From Hydrolagus affinis (Eukaryota), in assembly GCA_012026655.1 (NCBI GenBank), contig JAAILG010000141.1, positions 62,001 through 126,000 on the forward strand: a stretch of 64,000 nucleotides of DNA, written 5' to 3'. The notes beneath the pieces are model-generated. The model searched no databases. It worked only from the letters and a program-made list of their open reading frames with translations, and was not told where the DNA came from. The stretch's first letter is position 1, and each line of letters begins with the position of its first letter. A program made the translations under genes and the position numbers. This document shows, in pieces, positions 52,151 through 64,000 of the stretch.

Positions 52151-53284
52151 ATTAAGTTGCAAACTGTTAAGCATGTCATGATATATAACACAAGGCCATA
52201 GTAGATTAGATATGGCCAACAATTATGCATCCTAGGCAGCAATGAACCTTTCCAACTAATTTATGGAAATTTTATGCACAGAGCCAGCAGCGTGTTAATC
52301 TGGTTGAAAGTAAGTGGTGTGGATTTCTAACACTGCCATATTGATGTACCATACATCATGCAGATTACTAAAAACACTTCAAACTTTTACTTTGCAAGTG
52401 ATGGATTAAATTCCCCAAGATCATGGAAGATATGGATGGTGTTAGGAGGTTGAACTTATTCATCATCTCAATTATTGAAAGTGGTTTCACTAACATCATA
52501 TTCCCAGATCATATTTCATATTCACATACCCAACTGGCAAAGAAAGCATAGCTAAAGCAAGGAATACTAAAAATGTGGAGAGCATTTTTGTTTGATTTAT
52601 GGCTGGCTAGAGCAAGGCGTCACATCAGCTACTTAATCATTAAAGCTTACTATTCTTAAACCTGCTATTCCTTTGTTTTAACAATTGTATACCTTACATA
52701 TGGTCATTCCAGCCATGCATTTTGCTTTTGTTGACTGATTTTTTACTGTGATCCACGGTGGAGCTACAGGCTACAGCACTTGAGAGAAAGATCCTGTGAG
52801 TATTCTGTGCAATGTGACAGTATTCTGTGTAATTCTCCTGCTCCCTCTGTGCATCACATATCGGGGAGCAGATTATGCTCAGTGCTGCTACTGTATAATG
52901 CGGAAAGTTGGTTCACTCTTCATGTTACAACATCAGAGTTCAGAGTGCACCATTCACACAGTGTCATGTGCATTATAATAAGAACCACTGCAAGAAATCA
53001 GGTGTCACAAGTGCTTCGGACAATCATTTGGGAGTTTGTCATCAGCAGTGCTCCCGAAGACCTCAAACTTGCATGGATCTGGAATTAGAGTCTTTCGATT
53101 TCCATAGCTGATTGAATTGATTCAGACAATCTATTTCCATGCACATCACCTTGGAGCTGGCATGGATGGCTTCAAGGAGACCCTACCTGCCTATTACATT
53201 CCCCACTGAAGGCTGATAGTGAAAGGCTTCAATATGAGAGGATGCCTGGATTGGGACTGGGTAGAAATGATCGTCTTGAATTTC

Positions 53285-53619
53285 TAATAATAATCCTTGC
53301 ATTTGATATAGCGCTTTTCACATTTTATCAACGTCCCAAACCGCTTCATGGTAAAGTGAATTGACGGTATATTTGTGGGCGAATCGTGGCAGCCAATTGC
53401 ACACAGCAGTGTCCCACAAACAGTCGTGGATTGAAATGACCAATTTTATTATTGTGTTTTTTTTTTTGAGGGATTATTATTAGGCGTGTGGAGTAAGGAA
53501 ACTTGCCCAAAGTTTCGCCCTGACCTGCCTGGATTCGAACACAGGTCTCCCCAGCTTGGTCTCCCCAGCTTGCAAGATAAGTGCTCTAACCACAATAATA
53601 AGCTATAGGAGCTCCACAA
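53285..53619 (-). mobile_element. Full-length young SINE copy
   Basis: (taa)n tail, ggcagccaattgcacacagcagtgtcccacaaacag core and ggattcgaac B box; aligns end to end with 1697-2022. Confidence 0.92.
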
Positions 53620-53790
53620 TTTACACATCTTTTGGTAGATACTCTCTTCTCATGTTAACAGGAATTTAAAAAGTAAACCCAGATCAGTACTTTAGTAATA
53701 TGACTTGTAATTCCAGGATTTGGGAAGCCCCATTCCCACACAAATCCCATATGGTAATGGTGCTCTCGAAATCTCACGATTGCAACCTCT

Positions 53791-54049
53791 GTTTAGGATG
53801 CAACAAGACAGGAGCACAAGAGAACATAGATTGAAATTATAAAAGGCAATTTCAGGACAGGATAGATACCATGGCATTTGTCTTGACTCAGAAGGTAACT
53901 AATTGACAACTGAAACCAGTTGCTAGGGTAGGTAGTAGAGGCCGGGAACATTGGATTCATTTAAAAAGCAGCTTAATGCTGTGATGGTGGGTACGTTTTC
54001 TAGAAGGATGAAATCAGATTAGCCTTCTTCATCCAAACTAATCTTGTGG
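53791..54049 (+). mobile_element. CR1-type LINE 3' end, same family as 62616-62914
   Basis: Shares gcaatttcagga, tcatttaaaaagcagcttaatgctgtgatgg, aaggatgaaatca and atccaaac.aatct.gtg. Confidence 0.75.
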
Positions 54050-55830
54050 TCTAATGTTTTCAGATTATAGACCCTGCCAATTTAATCCAGAGCTAATTGA
54101 ACCTAGGAGAGCACGAGAGCAATGTTGAATCTACCCAATTCCAACCACCTCACATACATGACATACTGCACTGAAACTGTTCTGTGGTGCAGGCTACCTA
54201 GTTCTAGTATGGACTACCAAAATCTGGGTTGAAACTACCCTTCCAGTTGATGTATTGTTACAATTGGCCGAGAGAGGAACAATTGATTCATGTTTAACTA
54301 AATCTAGGGGCTAGAAATGAAAAACTATTTTGCAAGTTGGTACCAGAGGTAATATCATCTCTGCTGCAAATAAACATGCCAAAAAGGCTAATACGGTGGT
54401 GTCTCAGTGGAGTTCTTAAAACAGACTGTTTCAGGTTTTCAGCCAATGTTAAATAATTGTCCCCAGTGCAGGAAGAGTAGCCATTCCTTCTATTTTATTG
54501 TTGTTTTCTCCCTTCTGTTAGGTGTTCTCAGCACAAGCATTATTCAATCGCTCAGTGAGCATGACGTGCTCCGGGCTTCAAGCAAAAGCTAATCTCTAAC
54601 CATTCCCTCTATTGTGTGAGAGAGCAGTCCAGGATAAGTTGCCTGATGAAATTTCCTGTCACTTGTGAGGAAACAGCTTCTCTCCTCTCAGGACTACCTC
54701 CTGGTAGCCCAAATAAGGTCAAAGAGTTGCTGTGCCGCAAATTGGAGCTGTGAACCCACATCCAGGCACTCAATGGAGCAGTCTGATTGTACACAATGCA
54801 CTTAGCGACCAGCCTGCCAGGTCTCATGAATGTTTAACTATATTAATGACATGACTGATGCAACTGAGAACCATTTGTGTCAGTCCAGCTGCCATCGGCA
54901 ACAAGGAATGCGTTGAAACTAATTAAAAAATATAAGACACAACAATCCCTCCCAAGCAACTTTGGACCACTCCGCAGATGTACTGGACAAGTGGCTTTGC
55001 TGACTGATAACTTAATAGGAATTTTTCCTCCATTCACATAGATTCAGAAAGCTGTAATATTAATTGTATCGCAAAAGGATTGAAGTCACAGTCATTTACG
55101 TACCTACTAGTGAGTGAGTTCCCCTACGGTGGTCTCATTATGCCCAGAACATAAGAAGAATGTTCTTGTAGGCTAACCATTTTTCACGGTTTCCGGGATG
55201 GTCCCATGATCCGCCACTGTCAAGCTTTCTGGGACACTGCGTGAGGGGCGCTAAATAATTGAAGAAATTGTTGTTTTTGTTGTTGTGTATTTACCTCTGT
55301 GAAAAGGAGTTAAAGTACACCAAGCAAAGTAATGCGCGCAGGGAATGAAATTGTCAGTGTGTCTTGCTGACTGGTGCCCAGTTCCATTTAGCTGAGTCTG
55401 GTGTACCTGATTACCCCACAAGTGGCATGCAATAAGCCTTTTTACATTGAGAACTGTGGGTCAGGTTACACCTCCTTACATCCCCATGGAGGAGGCATGT
55501 GTGCTGCCTGCAGTGCTTGAGGTTTTGTGACCCAGTTATGTCTCCGTTTTTAAATTACTACAACCTGTTAATGAGCTATTAATGGCCCACCAGGATTCAT
55601 TCAGTTATTCTCAATTTTCTCTCACTCTCTCATACTACATTTGTGCTGCAGAACTGCTTGAAGAATGTTTCATTGCTGTGTAATTTCCATAGCACTGGAA
55701 CCTTCAGCAGAACATGTGCCATTGTAAGATTACACAATGGTCATCCTCCCTACTTGAAAGGTTTACTATAAATATAAATATGTAGATTTACTATAAATGT
55801 AATTTTCTTGTTGTGGTTATGTTTTGGGGC

Positions 55831-56020
55831 TGGGCAACAAGACAAGATGGTACAGATTAAAATGTGATGGGCAATTTTTGGACAAGCACTAGGAAGCATT
55901 ATTTTTCACACAGATACTGGAATGTGTCACCAGGAAGGATGGGTAGAACCCTTCAGGAGATGCTGTTATGGGAAGAAGGTAGGGTAAAAGGATGAAATTA
56001 AATGGACTGAAGTGATTTCA
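55831..56020 (+). mobile_element. CR1-type LINE 3' end, internally deleted
   Basis: aggaagcattatttttcacacag...tggaat and the UTR aaggatgaaattaaatggactgaagtg shared with the other copies. Confidence 0.65.
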
Positions 56021-56151
56021 ACCACCTATGCCTCATAAAATATTTACAGTATCGTAGATACTTTGCTTCTTAGCCTTCATTCATGAGTGTAAATGTGATC
56101 AAAGTGCCTGCAAAACATAAAATAAAATAACAACTTACATTTATATACAAT

Positions 56152-56325
56152 ATAATCCTTGCATTGATTATAGTGCCTTATCACTTTCTTTGGGATGTCT
56201 CAAAGCGCTTCACAGAATATACTGTAAAATGAATTGACTGTATATTTTGTGGGCAAAACATGGCAGCCAATTGTGCACAGCAGTGTCCCACAAACAGTCA
56301 TGGATTGAAATTACCAATTTATTTT
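56152..56325 (-). mobile_element. 5'-truncated young SINE copy
   Basis: Tail plus core (ctcaaagcgcttcacagaatatac...ggcagccaattgtgcacagcagtgtcccacaaacag) matching the other copies. Confidence 0.9.
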
Positions 56326-57065
56326 GAAGGAATACAAATAAATGAAAAAAATAAAAAAAACCTTGAATGGTTGAAATGGCTTTTACACTTTAAAAGGATG
56401 TGACAAATGTATGACTCCACCCAGATGTTTTGAAATCATTCTCACATTTCAAATAGGAAACATTCCTTCTTAAAGATTAATTTATTTATTTAAAATTTAT
56501 TTATTTATTTATCAAGCCATTAACCTTTTCGAAAGCTTCCCTATAGATATTCTCACCCTGGTATCATACAAGAAAGACAACTGAATAACCTTTGTACTGC
56601 TAAGTACTCTACCTGCTCAGGCAGCAGTTAATCTCGTAGATACCATATAAAAAGAAATAACATCATTGATCACTGACAAGGCAGTGATGTGCTATGCTCA
56701 ATTCAGCTACAGTAGTATTATTGTTACTGCATATGCACATTTTTTGCATAACTTTGTTGTACAGGGGAGCCCTTTTGTGCTCGTTCCCAGTTTACTGTTG
56801 AAATGCCTGATATTAAATGGTCTTGTGCAATAAACAGGGTTATAAATACAAATAGAAGAGATGGAAATGAGCTGAAAAGGAAATATAAAAGGAAGCCGAA
56901 GAAAAGCAAAAGCAAAGGGTATTGAGAGGAGGTAAAATAAATTGAGAGAGAGAGAGATTGTTGTGGTAAAGTGTTCATTGAGCAATAATTCATATCTGTA
57001 TCTAGGCAGTTCATATCTAAGCTAGCCATGGAATGCCAAAGGCTCTGTTTAAATCCAGGTTGGTT

Positions 57066-57366
57066 TGTGGAGTCCTGTATCAGTGGTTAGAGCACTTGCC
57101 TTGCAGGTGATAGACCTGAGTTCGATTCCCAGGAGGGAGAAACCTTGAGCAAGTTTCTTTACTCCACATGCCTGATAATAATCCCTCAAAAAAACAATAA
57201 TAAATTGGTCATTTCAATTTACAACTATCTGTGGGACACTGCTATGCGTAATTGGCTGCCGCGTTTCGCCAACATATATACAGTCAATTCACTTTATAGT
57301 ATATTCTGTGAAGCGCTTTGAGACGTTTAGAAGATATGAAAAGCTCTAAATGCAAGGATTATTATT
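57066..57366 (+). mobile_element. Full-length young SINE copy
   Basis: tgtggagtcctgtatcagtggttagagc head, gttcgattcc B box, aattggctgccgcgtttc core and tgtgaagcgctttgagacg...aaatgcaaggattattatt tail. Confidence 0.92.
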
Positions 57367-57625
57367 GTTTTTAATATTATTATTACTAATACCACAATTT
57401 GGACAAGATGGATTGGACTCACCTGGACTCAAGAAGGCTGTTTGATCCATGAAGAAATGATTTATCCTGCAGCAGCATTTTCTGATTTCACAAATTATAA
57501 TGAGCTGCATTTGTGTGGCATGACCTCCGCTGCCATTTATTGAATGAATAATAATCATTTTTCACTGATGACAACCTGCTAATCAGATGTTAACAACAAC
57601 AAAACAATAAATTGCACTAGTATAG

Positions 57626-57776
57626 CAAAAGGCAAAATACTGCACAAGCTGGAAATCTGAAATAAAAACAGACGTCGCTGGGATCGCTGCTGCTTGACCA
57701 CTGGGAGCAGGTCAAGCAGCATCCATGGAGAGAGGAAAGTGAGTTCATGTTTTAGGTCAATGAATTTTTGTCAGAA
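57626..57776 (-). mobile_element. Penelope-type retroelement terminal fragment (shark-like)
   Basis: gcaaaatactgc...gctggaaatctgaaataaaaacaga...gcaggtcaagcagcatccatggagagag...gttttaggtcaatga...tcagaa matches my recollection of the common chondrichthyan Penelope end. Confidence 0.65.
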
Positions 57777-59175
57777 ATAATATTTGCACTTACATAGGAC
57801 CTTCCACATTGGGACGATGTTCCAATATGTTGGATATTAAAGATAAGCAAGGATTCTGTTCTGGTGGTGGGGCTCGGATTCAACAATTTGGGATTTGCAA
57901 CCCACCATTTGTAAACTTCTCTGTAAATTATGCTATCTTATGTTACAAACTAATTGCTAATCAGCTAATGCTAATCAGATTTGTGAATCTTGCATTTTAA
58001 ACCCCATCGTATGAGAGCTGAAAATGGTTACAATATGGCTGGCCCAGGGAGACTGGAAATTCCCTTTGGTTGCTAACAATAAAACAGCATTCAATTCCAA
58101 AATTATGTCTTTATCTGGATCTTTTCATAAAACATGTTAGTTGTTCCAGGATTAGTTCTGAAATTCTTCCAAATGTACAAGGTTACAAAACACCTGGTTT
58201 AAGTGTGCAAGCTCTCACCATGCCACACTGTTCAAAGTAGTCTATTTTGAGATAAAGCAGTCCTATGGGATGGGTAGGGGGAAACCACAAAATATTCTGG
58301 TGTTTGGGAATCATAACAATTATACAAGAAACTAGATTCACTTCAGGATAAATAAAATAAATGGATCAATCGCAAAATCTTGGAATCATATAATGCAGAT
58401 TGATGCTATTAAATGACAGGTTGCTATTTTTTTCTGAAAACTGACAAACAATTGAACTATTTAGTGATTTGTTTTGAGCTTTGCAGTTAAACTCATTTTT
58501 TTTCCCTTGTGGTGTTAAACCTTCCAAAGTGTCATGAAAAGTTGCTTTGAAAAATCCAACTTTTTGAAATGTAATGAGGTTTAGCCTATACATCTGCATA
58601 AAACCAAGATTTCAATTTGAGGAAAATGTCAGCAGTCTAAATATTGAATTGTATCAGTGACCATTCATGTCATCGTTATTACTCATTCCAGTCACTAATG
58701 ATGATCATTTTGGCTGTGACCTTATTCTGAAAACTGTTCTTTAATTTCTAGGTCCTACTCTGGCAATATTCCTCTCGTAGTTCAATGATTTGATCATTGA
58801 TAGCGCATAACAATGAGGCTATTTAGAGTGTACTCAGTAGGGAAATGGTGAATATGATTTTTTTTCCCAAGAGGGTAGAAGGCCTCATAACTCACGAGTG
58901 ACAGAGGCATGAGTGAATTATGAAGGTATTTGTTGCAAGTGGGATTCATTTTATGTTCACGATTCCCTATTGATTATTTTGTTTATCCTACAAGTTTATT
59001 TTGAATGTTACTTTAACTTTCTTTTGCATTCCATTATTAGAGAAAATAAACTAAATGGGTCAATCAAAAATGATGCCCCCATTTCTTTATATATCGGATG
59101 GTGGATGGGGGGAGTGGGGGGAAAGGGAGTAGGTGAGTTGTTTGTTTATCCAGTTGTGGAATGTTAGCCAAAAGA

Positions 59176-59243
59176 ACAACAACAACAATTTACATTTAGA
59201 TTGCATCTTTCATGTTGGGAAGAGGTCTCAAATTGCTTCACAA
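59176..59243 (-). repeat. (GTT)n-type SINE/LINE tail fragment
   Basis: (aac)n tttacatttagattgcatctttca...gtctcaaattgcttcacaag. Confidence 0.6.
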
Positions 59244-59964
59244 GATATGGGAGAGCTCGACTGCAACTGTTCCTGCTCTCGTCACATTCGATAGAGCAAG
59301 AGGAGAATCTGCTGCAGCGAAAGCATTTTTATGAAAGAAGCCTTGGTGTCAGCTATTAGACAATTGATTCTTTGAATCTGCAAAACGTTGTGCAAATAGT
59401 GTACATTTAAAGTAAAGTAGGCTAGGGAATAGCTGGTGTCCAACGCATGAGATTCAAACGTAGAAGGCAATGGATTTGGACAACAAAATCTTTTTGAATA
59501 CATCTGAATTGGCAATAACAAGATTTCAAATAGCCAACGTCAACTTGATGGAAAGCAATCCAATCTCCGCTATGCAGCTTGAAAAGCTACATTGCAAAAG
59601 TGCACATAGTATTTTAACATGGATTATGTTTTAATAAGCTCAGATACAACAGAATGCTCAATGATCTTTAATTAGTTTTCAACTACTTTAAATGCAAAGT
59701 GTCAGTAGCAGTAGTACAGTATAAATGCTTTGTGTTGTCACAAACGTATCAAATCTTTCAACCAGGTTTTCTTCTGAAATATAGTTTGTGTAATCAGTAT
59801 TAATTCATAAAATACTGGATTCCTGACTTCTGCTTAATGAGTTAAATAAATGCTATCATGACTCTCCAAGTTCATTCATTCTAATCTGTGGTGTACGTTT
59901 GGTGCCTGTCTATGCCACCCCCTTGTATTATCATAAATCAGATGGAAAAAGACATTCTTCTAAT

Positions 59965-60130
59965 TTCTAGTCCACTTAAATCTTTTTCATTTTAAACCCA
60001 TGATCTCTATTTCTGTCCTCACTGCTTAAATCAAATAGCCTGCTAAGATCTGCCTCATGTATATAGTTCACTATTTTAAAGAACTGAAACAGGCCTCCCT
60101 ACAATCTTGTTTCTTTCCAATGAAAACACT
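59965..60130 (-). mobile_element. CR1-type LINE ORF2 fragment
   Basis: Minus strand reads with a frameshift as FSLER..L.G.L.QFFKIV...LF.L....NRDHGFK, the CR1 FSLERRRLRGDLI...RTRGH region. Confidence 0.65.
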
Positions 60131-60930
60131 TTTGATGCTGCTATCTGTTATCCGAAGACCAGCGCTGGCGTGGATCCATTTCTACATCTGAATGTACCTT
60201 TCCATCAAACAACAGTCCTTTTCATACCATGGTTTGGTATTCAAATAGGATGTCAGCTTTGTTTGCAAATTTAGATGAATCCAATGTCTGTCTTCCTGCT
60301 GGTACATGGAAATGTAAGCAGCTTGCAGGCAGCCCTTGACACACAAAGATCCGTGACTGCCACTTACCCAAATGCTGCTGCCCTCCCACAACCAGCTTGT
60401 GTGTGTCTCTTCCCCCCCCCCCCCACCCCACCTCCCTCACCCCCCATGCTGTGCTTTTATATGATGTACCTGCTCTGCTGCTTCCATCCCGGTGGGTGAA
60501 ATTTAAACTAACAATAAAGTGGAAAATAAATCAATAGGAAAGTCTCCAGTAGCCATGTGTCAGGAGTGCATGGGATTTGGTAATGGTGTGAGTTGAATTG
60601 ACACCACTTATTTACACCGCGTGCTGTTAAATTGGCCCTGGGCTCAGACCTTTGGCGTTTGAGAGTTCAGCCGGTTTATACTTCATTTAGTCATCAAAAC
60701 AGGCATCAGGTGCATTAAAAATTGCAAGAAAATCTGATATCCTTTTTCGGTTGTGACTGATGTGTAAGTAAGTTTTAACGAAGGCACACTTATGAATCAG
60801 ACTAATTCATAGGTTTGCAGATCTTGAGAGGATAACATGGACTTACTTATGAAGCAGGCACTAGCATTTGGATTGTTTCAAACTTCATATATGGACCTCA
60901 TTGAAATTGTTTGGATAGTTTAATAATATT

Positions 60931-61017
60931 AATAGTAATCCTTTCATTTGATATAGCACTTTATCATGTCTTCGAGACATCTCAAAGCTCTTTACAAAAT
61001 ATACTGTAAAGTTGATT
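60931..61017 (-). mobile_element. SINE 3' tail fragment
   Basis: taatcctttcatttgatatagcact...tctcaaagctctttacaaaatatactgtaaag. Confidence 0.8.
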
Positions 61018-61488
61018 AAAATAAGCTATCAGAGGTCAGAGGTGAGCTCCACTACACACACAGGAACCGACTGCTGTAACATGAATTAGGCACTCTGGAC
61101 CATCCCAGCAATGAGGAGATCAGACATGTATCCCCCCAGATCATTCCAGAGATCAGCCATATCAAATATATGCCCCTGGTCTACAGCACAGATTGGATAC
61201 ATCAAACCTAGCCCACCATGAAGATTCTTCACATAGCCCTTCAACACCATGGAAACTAGATGCATATGTACTTCTAGATTGCCAGGGAGATCGAATGTAC
61301 ACATTTGGGGGAAAAACATTCAATTGTCATTCTTCATCACAGAAAGCCAAAGTGAATCAGTGAGGCTTGTTACAGATTAGATCTTGTATGTATAAGAAGC
61401 TTGTTTGTTTGATAAGGAATAGTTTGGTGAACAAAACAATGCAACTCAGTGTCTTTGGCCAACTTAAATAAATAATCAGGACAATTGA

Positions 61489-61598
61489 CCCACAAAATAC
61501 ACAGTAAATCCACTTTACAATACTGTATATTCTGTGAAGCATTTTGAGAAGTCTCAATGTTGTGATAAGGCACTGTATATAATGGAAGGATTATTATT
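61489..61598 (+). mobile_element. SINE 3' tail fragment
   Basis: tatattctgtgaagcattttgaga...aatggaaggattattatt. Confidence 0.75.
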
Positions 61599-62284
61599 TT
61601 TCAGCTGATTATTTTGTCGTTCATTTTTGTTTGAAATTTATTGTGAACAAAATGTGAAACTTATTACTGAAGGCACTTTATTAATAAGGGCAAACTTGGC
61701 TGGTCTATTTCCATATGCCGAGTTACCATCATATTAGATGAAGTCATCACAATTTCATTTATTGACTTTTTTTGCTCTCTGATTTTTTTCAAAGTTTTTT
61801 TCTTAATCGGAGTATTAACTTGCCAATCTGTATCTTTAAGGCTGCACTTTTGGATAATTTGTATCATAAAGAACAGATGATGGCCATGGAAGTTTTGTTT
61901 ACATCATTTTTAAGTGGTCACAGATCATTGCATGTTCTGTGCCATCATTTTGAAGCACCATATAACCCCAAATATGGAATTTTAATGTGTGCCAAATCTC
62001 TTTGTAAGCAAGACTGTCAAAAGTTCAAGTTCCATTCATTTGCTTTACATGCAGTCTGGTCCATTTAACAGTGGAGTTAATTTGGAAATTCCATATATAA
62101 TGTCAAGGAAAACTGTAGAATTAGTAAATACTTAATGAGTAATGTCCATTTATGCAAGATTCCAATGAACTGGAATTACTGTACATCTAATTTTCAAAAA
62201 TGCACAGAATAAATTTTGGCCATATTACCAAGTCTATCAACCTGCTACTTAAATGATTGCTCGCAAATTACCCAGTCACTGTAA

Positions 62285-62357
62285 ATCCAGTGAAGTATTT
62301 TAAGAAGTGCTTCTGACATGAAAGACGCTACATCAAATGGAAGAATTATTATTATTA
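62285..62357 (+). mobile_element. SINE/LINE 3' tail fragment
   Basis: gtgaagtatttt...tgaaagacgctacatcaaatggaagaattattattatt. Confidence 0.6.
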
Positions 62358-62615
62358 CCTGACAACAATATAGTTTTGTTTTAGTAAACATTATAATTTT
62401 AAGTTTTTAAAATTGTGGTTGTATTGCCTAATCTTCCTATAAGTGAGGTCACATGCACCTTTTCTAATTTAAACTATTTGTATGGAGACAACAAATTCAC
62501 TTTAATCCTAATTAACTATCTGTAAAGTACTCTACTATTAAATGCTAGTTGTATTTTCTTTTTGAGAGCAATACATTGAAGAAGTTTTGTTGCCTACTCC
62601 ACTTTAGTTATACTG

Positions 62616-62914
62616 TATAATATTTTTAATGGAATTGAAAGGGTAAATCTAGAACAAACATTTCTGATGCACCAAGTCAGTAGAACAAGAGGCATAGGTA
62701 TAGAATTGCAAAGGGTAATTTCAGGATGGAAACCAGGAAATATTTTTTGAGGATAATTAATGACTGAAACAGGTTGCCAGGAAAGATAGTTGAGGTCAGG
62801 ACTCATTTAAAAATAACAGCTTGATACTGTGATGGGAAGATGGTAGGATAAGTATTCTGCAAGGATGAAATCAAATGGGCCGAAGTGCTTTCTTTATCCA
62901 AACCAATCTCGTGA
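62616..62914 (+). mobile_element. CR1-type LINE 3' end (second family)
   Basis: Decayed IFNGIERVN...SRTRG...ETRKYF..N.RLPGKIVE reading, then UTR aaggatgaaatcaaatgggccgaagtg. Confidence 0.8.
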
Positions 62915-64000
62915 AAAGCGCTTGCAGCTACTCTCCACCCTGTAAACCACAGAAGTCGACCACAAAGAGCGTGAATCTGATTAGGAGCAAGATCTATGCC
63001 ACCAGATAAGTGGAAGCACTGGAAAATCTGGATATAATCGCTCAAAACTAGCAAATTCTACAATCTAGTGGACGGGATGTACCACAGACAATAAAGACTT
63101 CACAGAACCTACTCATCCCTCATATGATTCATGCACCCCTTGTTACGGTAATGTTACCCTCCCACCCCTCGCCACCACCCACATTAAACATGTTTGAAAG
63201 ATGTACAAGCCAAAGATCAGTCAGAGCAAATGTTGCTCAGCCTCTGGATAAGATGGGCAAAGTTATTAAGGGACTGCATTCTCTTTTGAATGGTTGGCAG
63301 AGCACCACTCCAACCCCAGCCTCTGTAAATACCAACCATTCCCTTTTAGGAACTGGAGAGATTGACATGAGTAGGAAGCAGGGTGTACACCTACTCCAGG
63401 CAGCAGATATATAGCATCATAATGCAGCCTTCACTTGCACAAAATGCAGTTTAACCTGCAGATTAGCTTTGCTTGCTAAACTTTTCCCCAAGAATGGCTG
63501 CATCCAATATACTGCACCCTGGCATTGAGATATGGAATACTGAGTACTAGCATATACAACTGTGCCTTCATTTACCCACAGACGCATATACATTCAATGC
63601 ACACTTCTGGAAAAAGCAATATATGCAATAAGGACTCCAGTATTTAAGTCATTGTAAGATTCTGAAATGTAAATTTATAAAAGGAGGTAAAATGGTACGT
63701 CCTTGATGTTGCATTTGAAAATAAACCAACAAACTGAGCTGCTTTGTAAAACAACTTGAGGCATATTATAGTCACAGTGGATTGATCAGACAGGCGTCAG
63801 TCTCTAAATGGGCTCAGTTTTAAGTTTCCACAACTTTGTCCAGACGATGATGCATCATGTCACAATAACAAACTGCTTCCTTTCTGTTTTGGGGACGTGA
63901 TGTGTAATTAGTCTGACCTGGGTTCAATGCATTCTGAAGCTGGTTCAGATAAAGCTGTACACACAGACCTCTGTTAGAAGAAACAGGTGTTGGCTTTGAT

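Noticed and set aside
57417-57480. Minus-strand exon ending at a strong donor CAG/gtgagt
   Set aside because: No convincing acceptor upstream and an unrecognisable peptide.
350-63414. The six-frame ORF track as protein-coding genes
   Set aside because: ORFs are short, many use non-ATG starts, their composition is typical of AT-rich non-coding DNA, and no domain is recognisable apart from TE remnants.
1-64000. CRISPR array, prokaryotic operon, rRNA, recognisable conserved miRNA or endogenous viral gene
   Set aside because: No regularly spaced repeats, long ORFs or mature-miRNA sequences I could recognise by eye; an Rfam/miRBase scan would be needed to exclude small RNAs fully.

Overview
AT-rich, essentially non-coding vertebrate genomic DNA (large intron or gene desert) with one 100-N scaffold gap. 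The repeat content points to a cartilaginous fish, probably a holocephalan such as the elephant shark. That assignment is an inference from remembered repeat consensi, not a search result. No ORF in the track looks like an intact gene; the only protein-like signals are decayed LINE reverse-transcriptase ends and one unassigned 87-nt candidate exon (8334-8420). The window contains: (i) a young tRNA-headed Deu-domain SINE with an (ATT)n LINE-type tail, in three full-length copies, one gap-truncated copy and several 5'-truncated copies; (ii) older DeuSINE, LF-SINE-like and unclassified SINE relics; (iii) CR1 3' ends and a Penelope-type end carrying a dead hammerhead core; (iv) several apparently repeat-free blocks dense in homeodomain, TALE, Fox, Sox and TCF motifs that resemble developmental-enhancer CNEs. 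I found no convincing new multi-gene biological system. The best leads are repeat-biology oddities, the orphan exon and the candidate enhancers.
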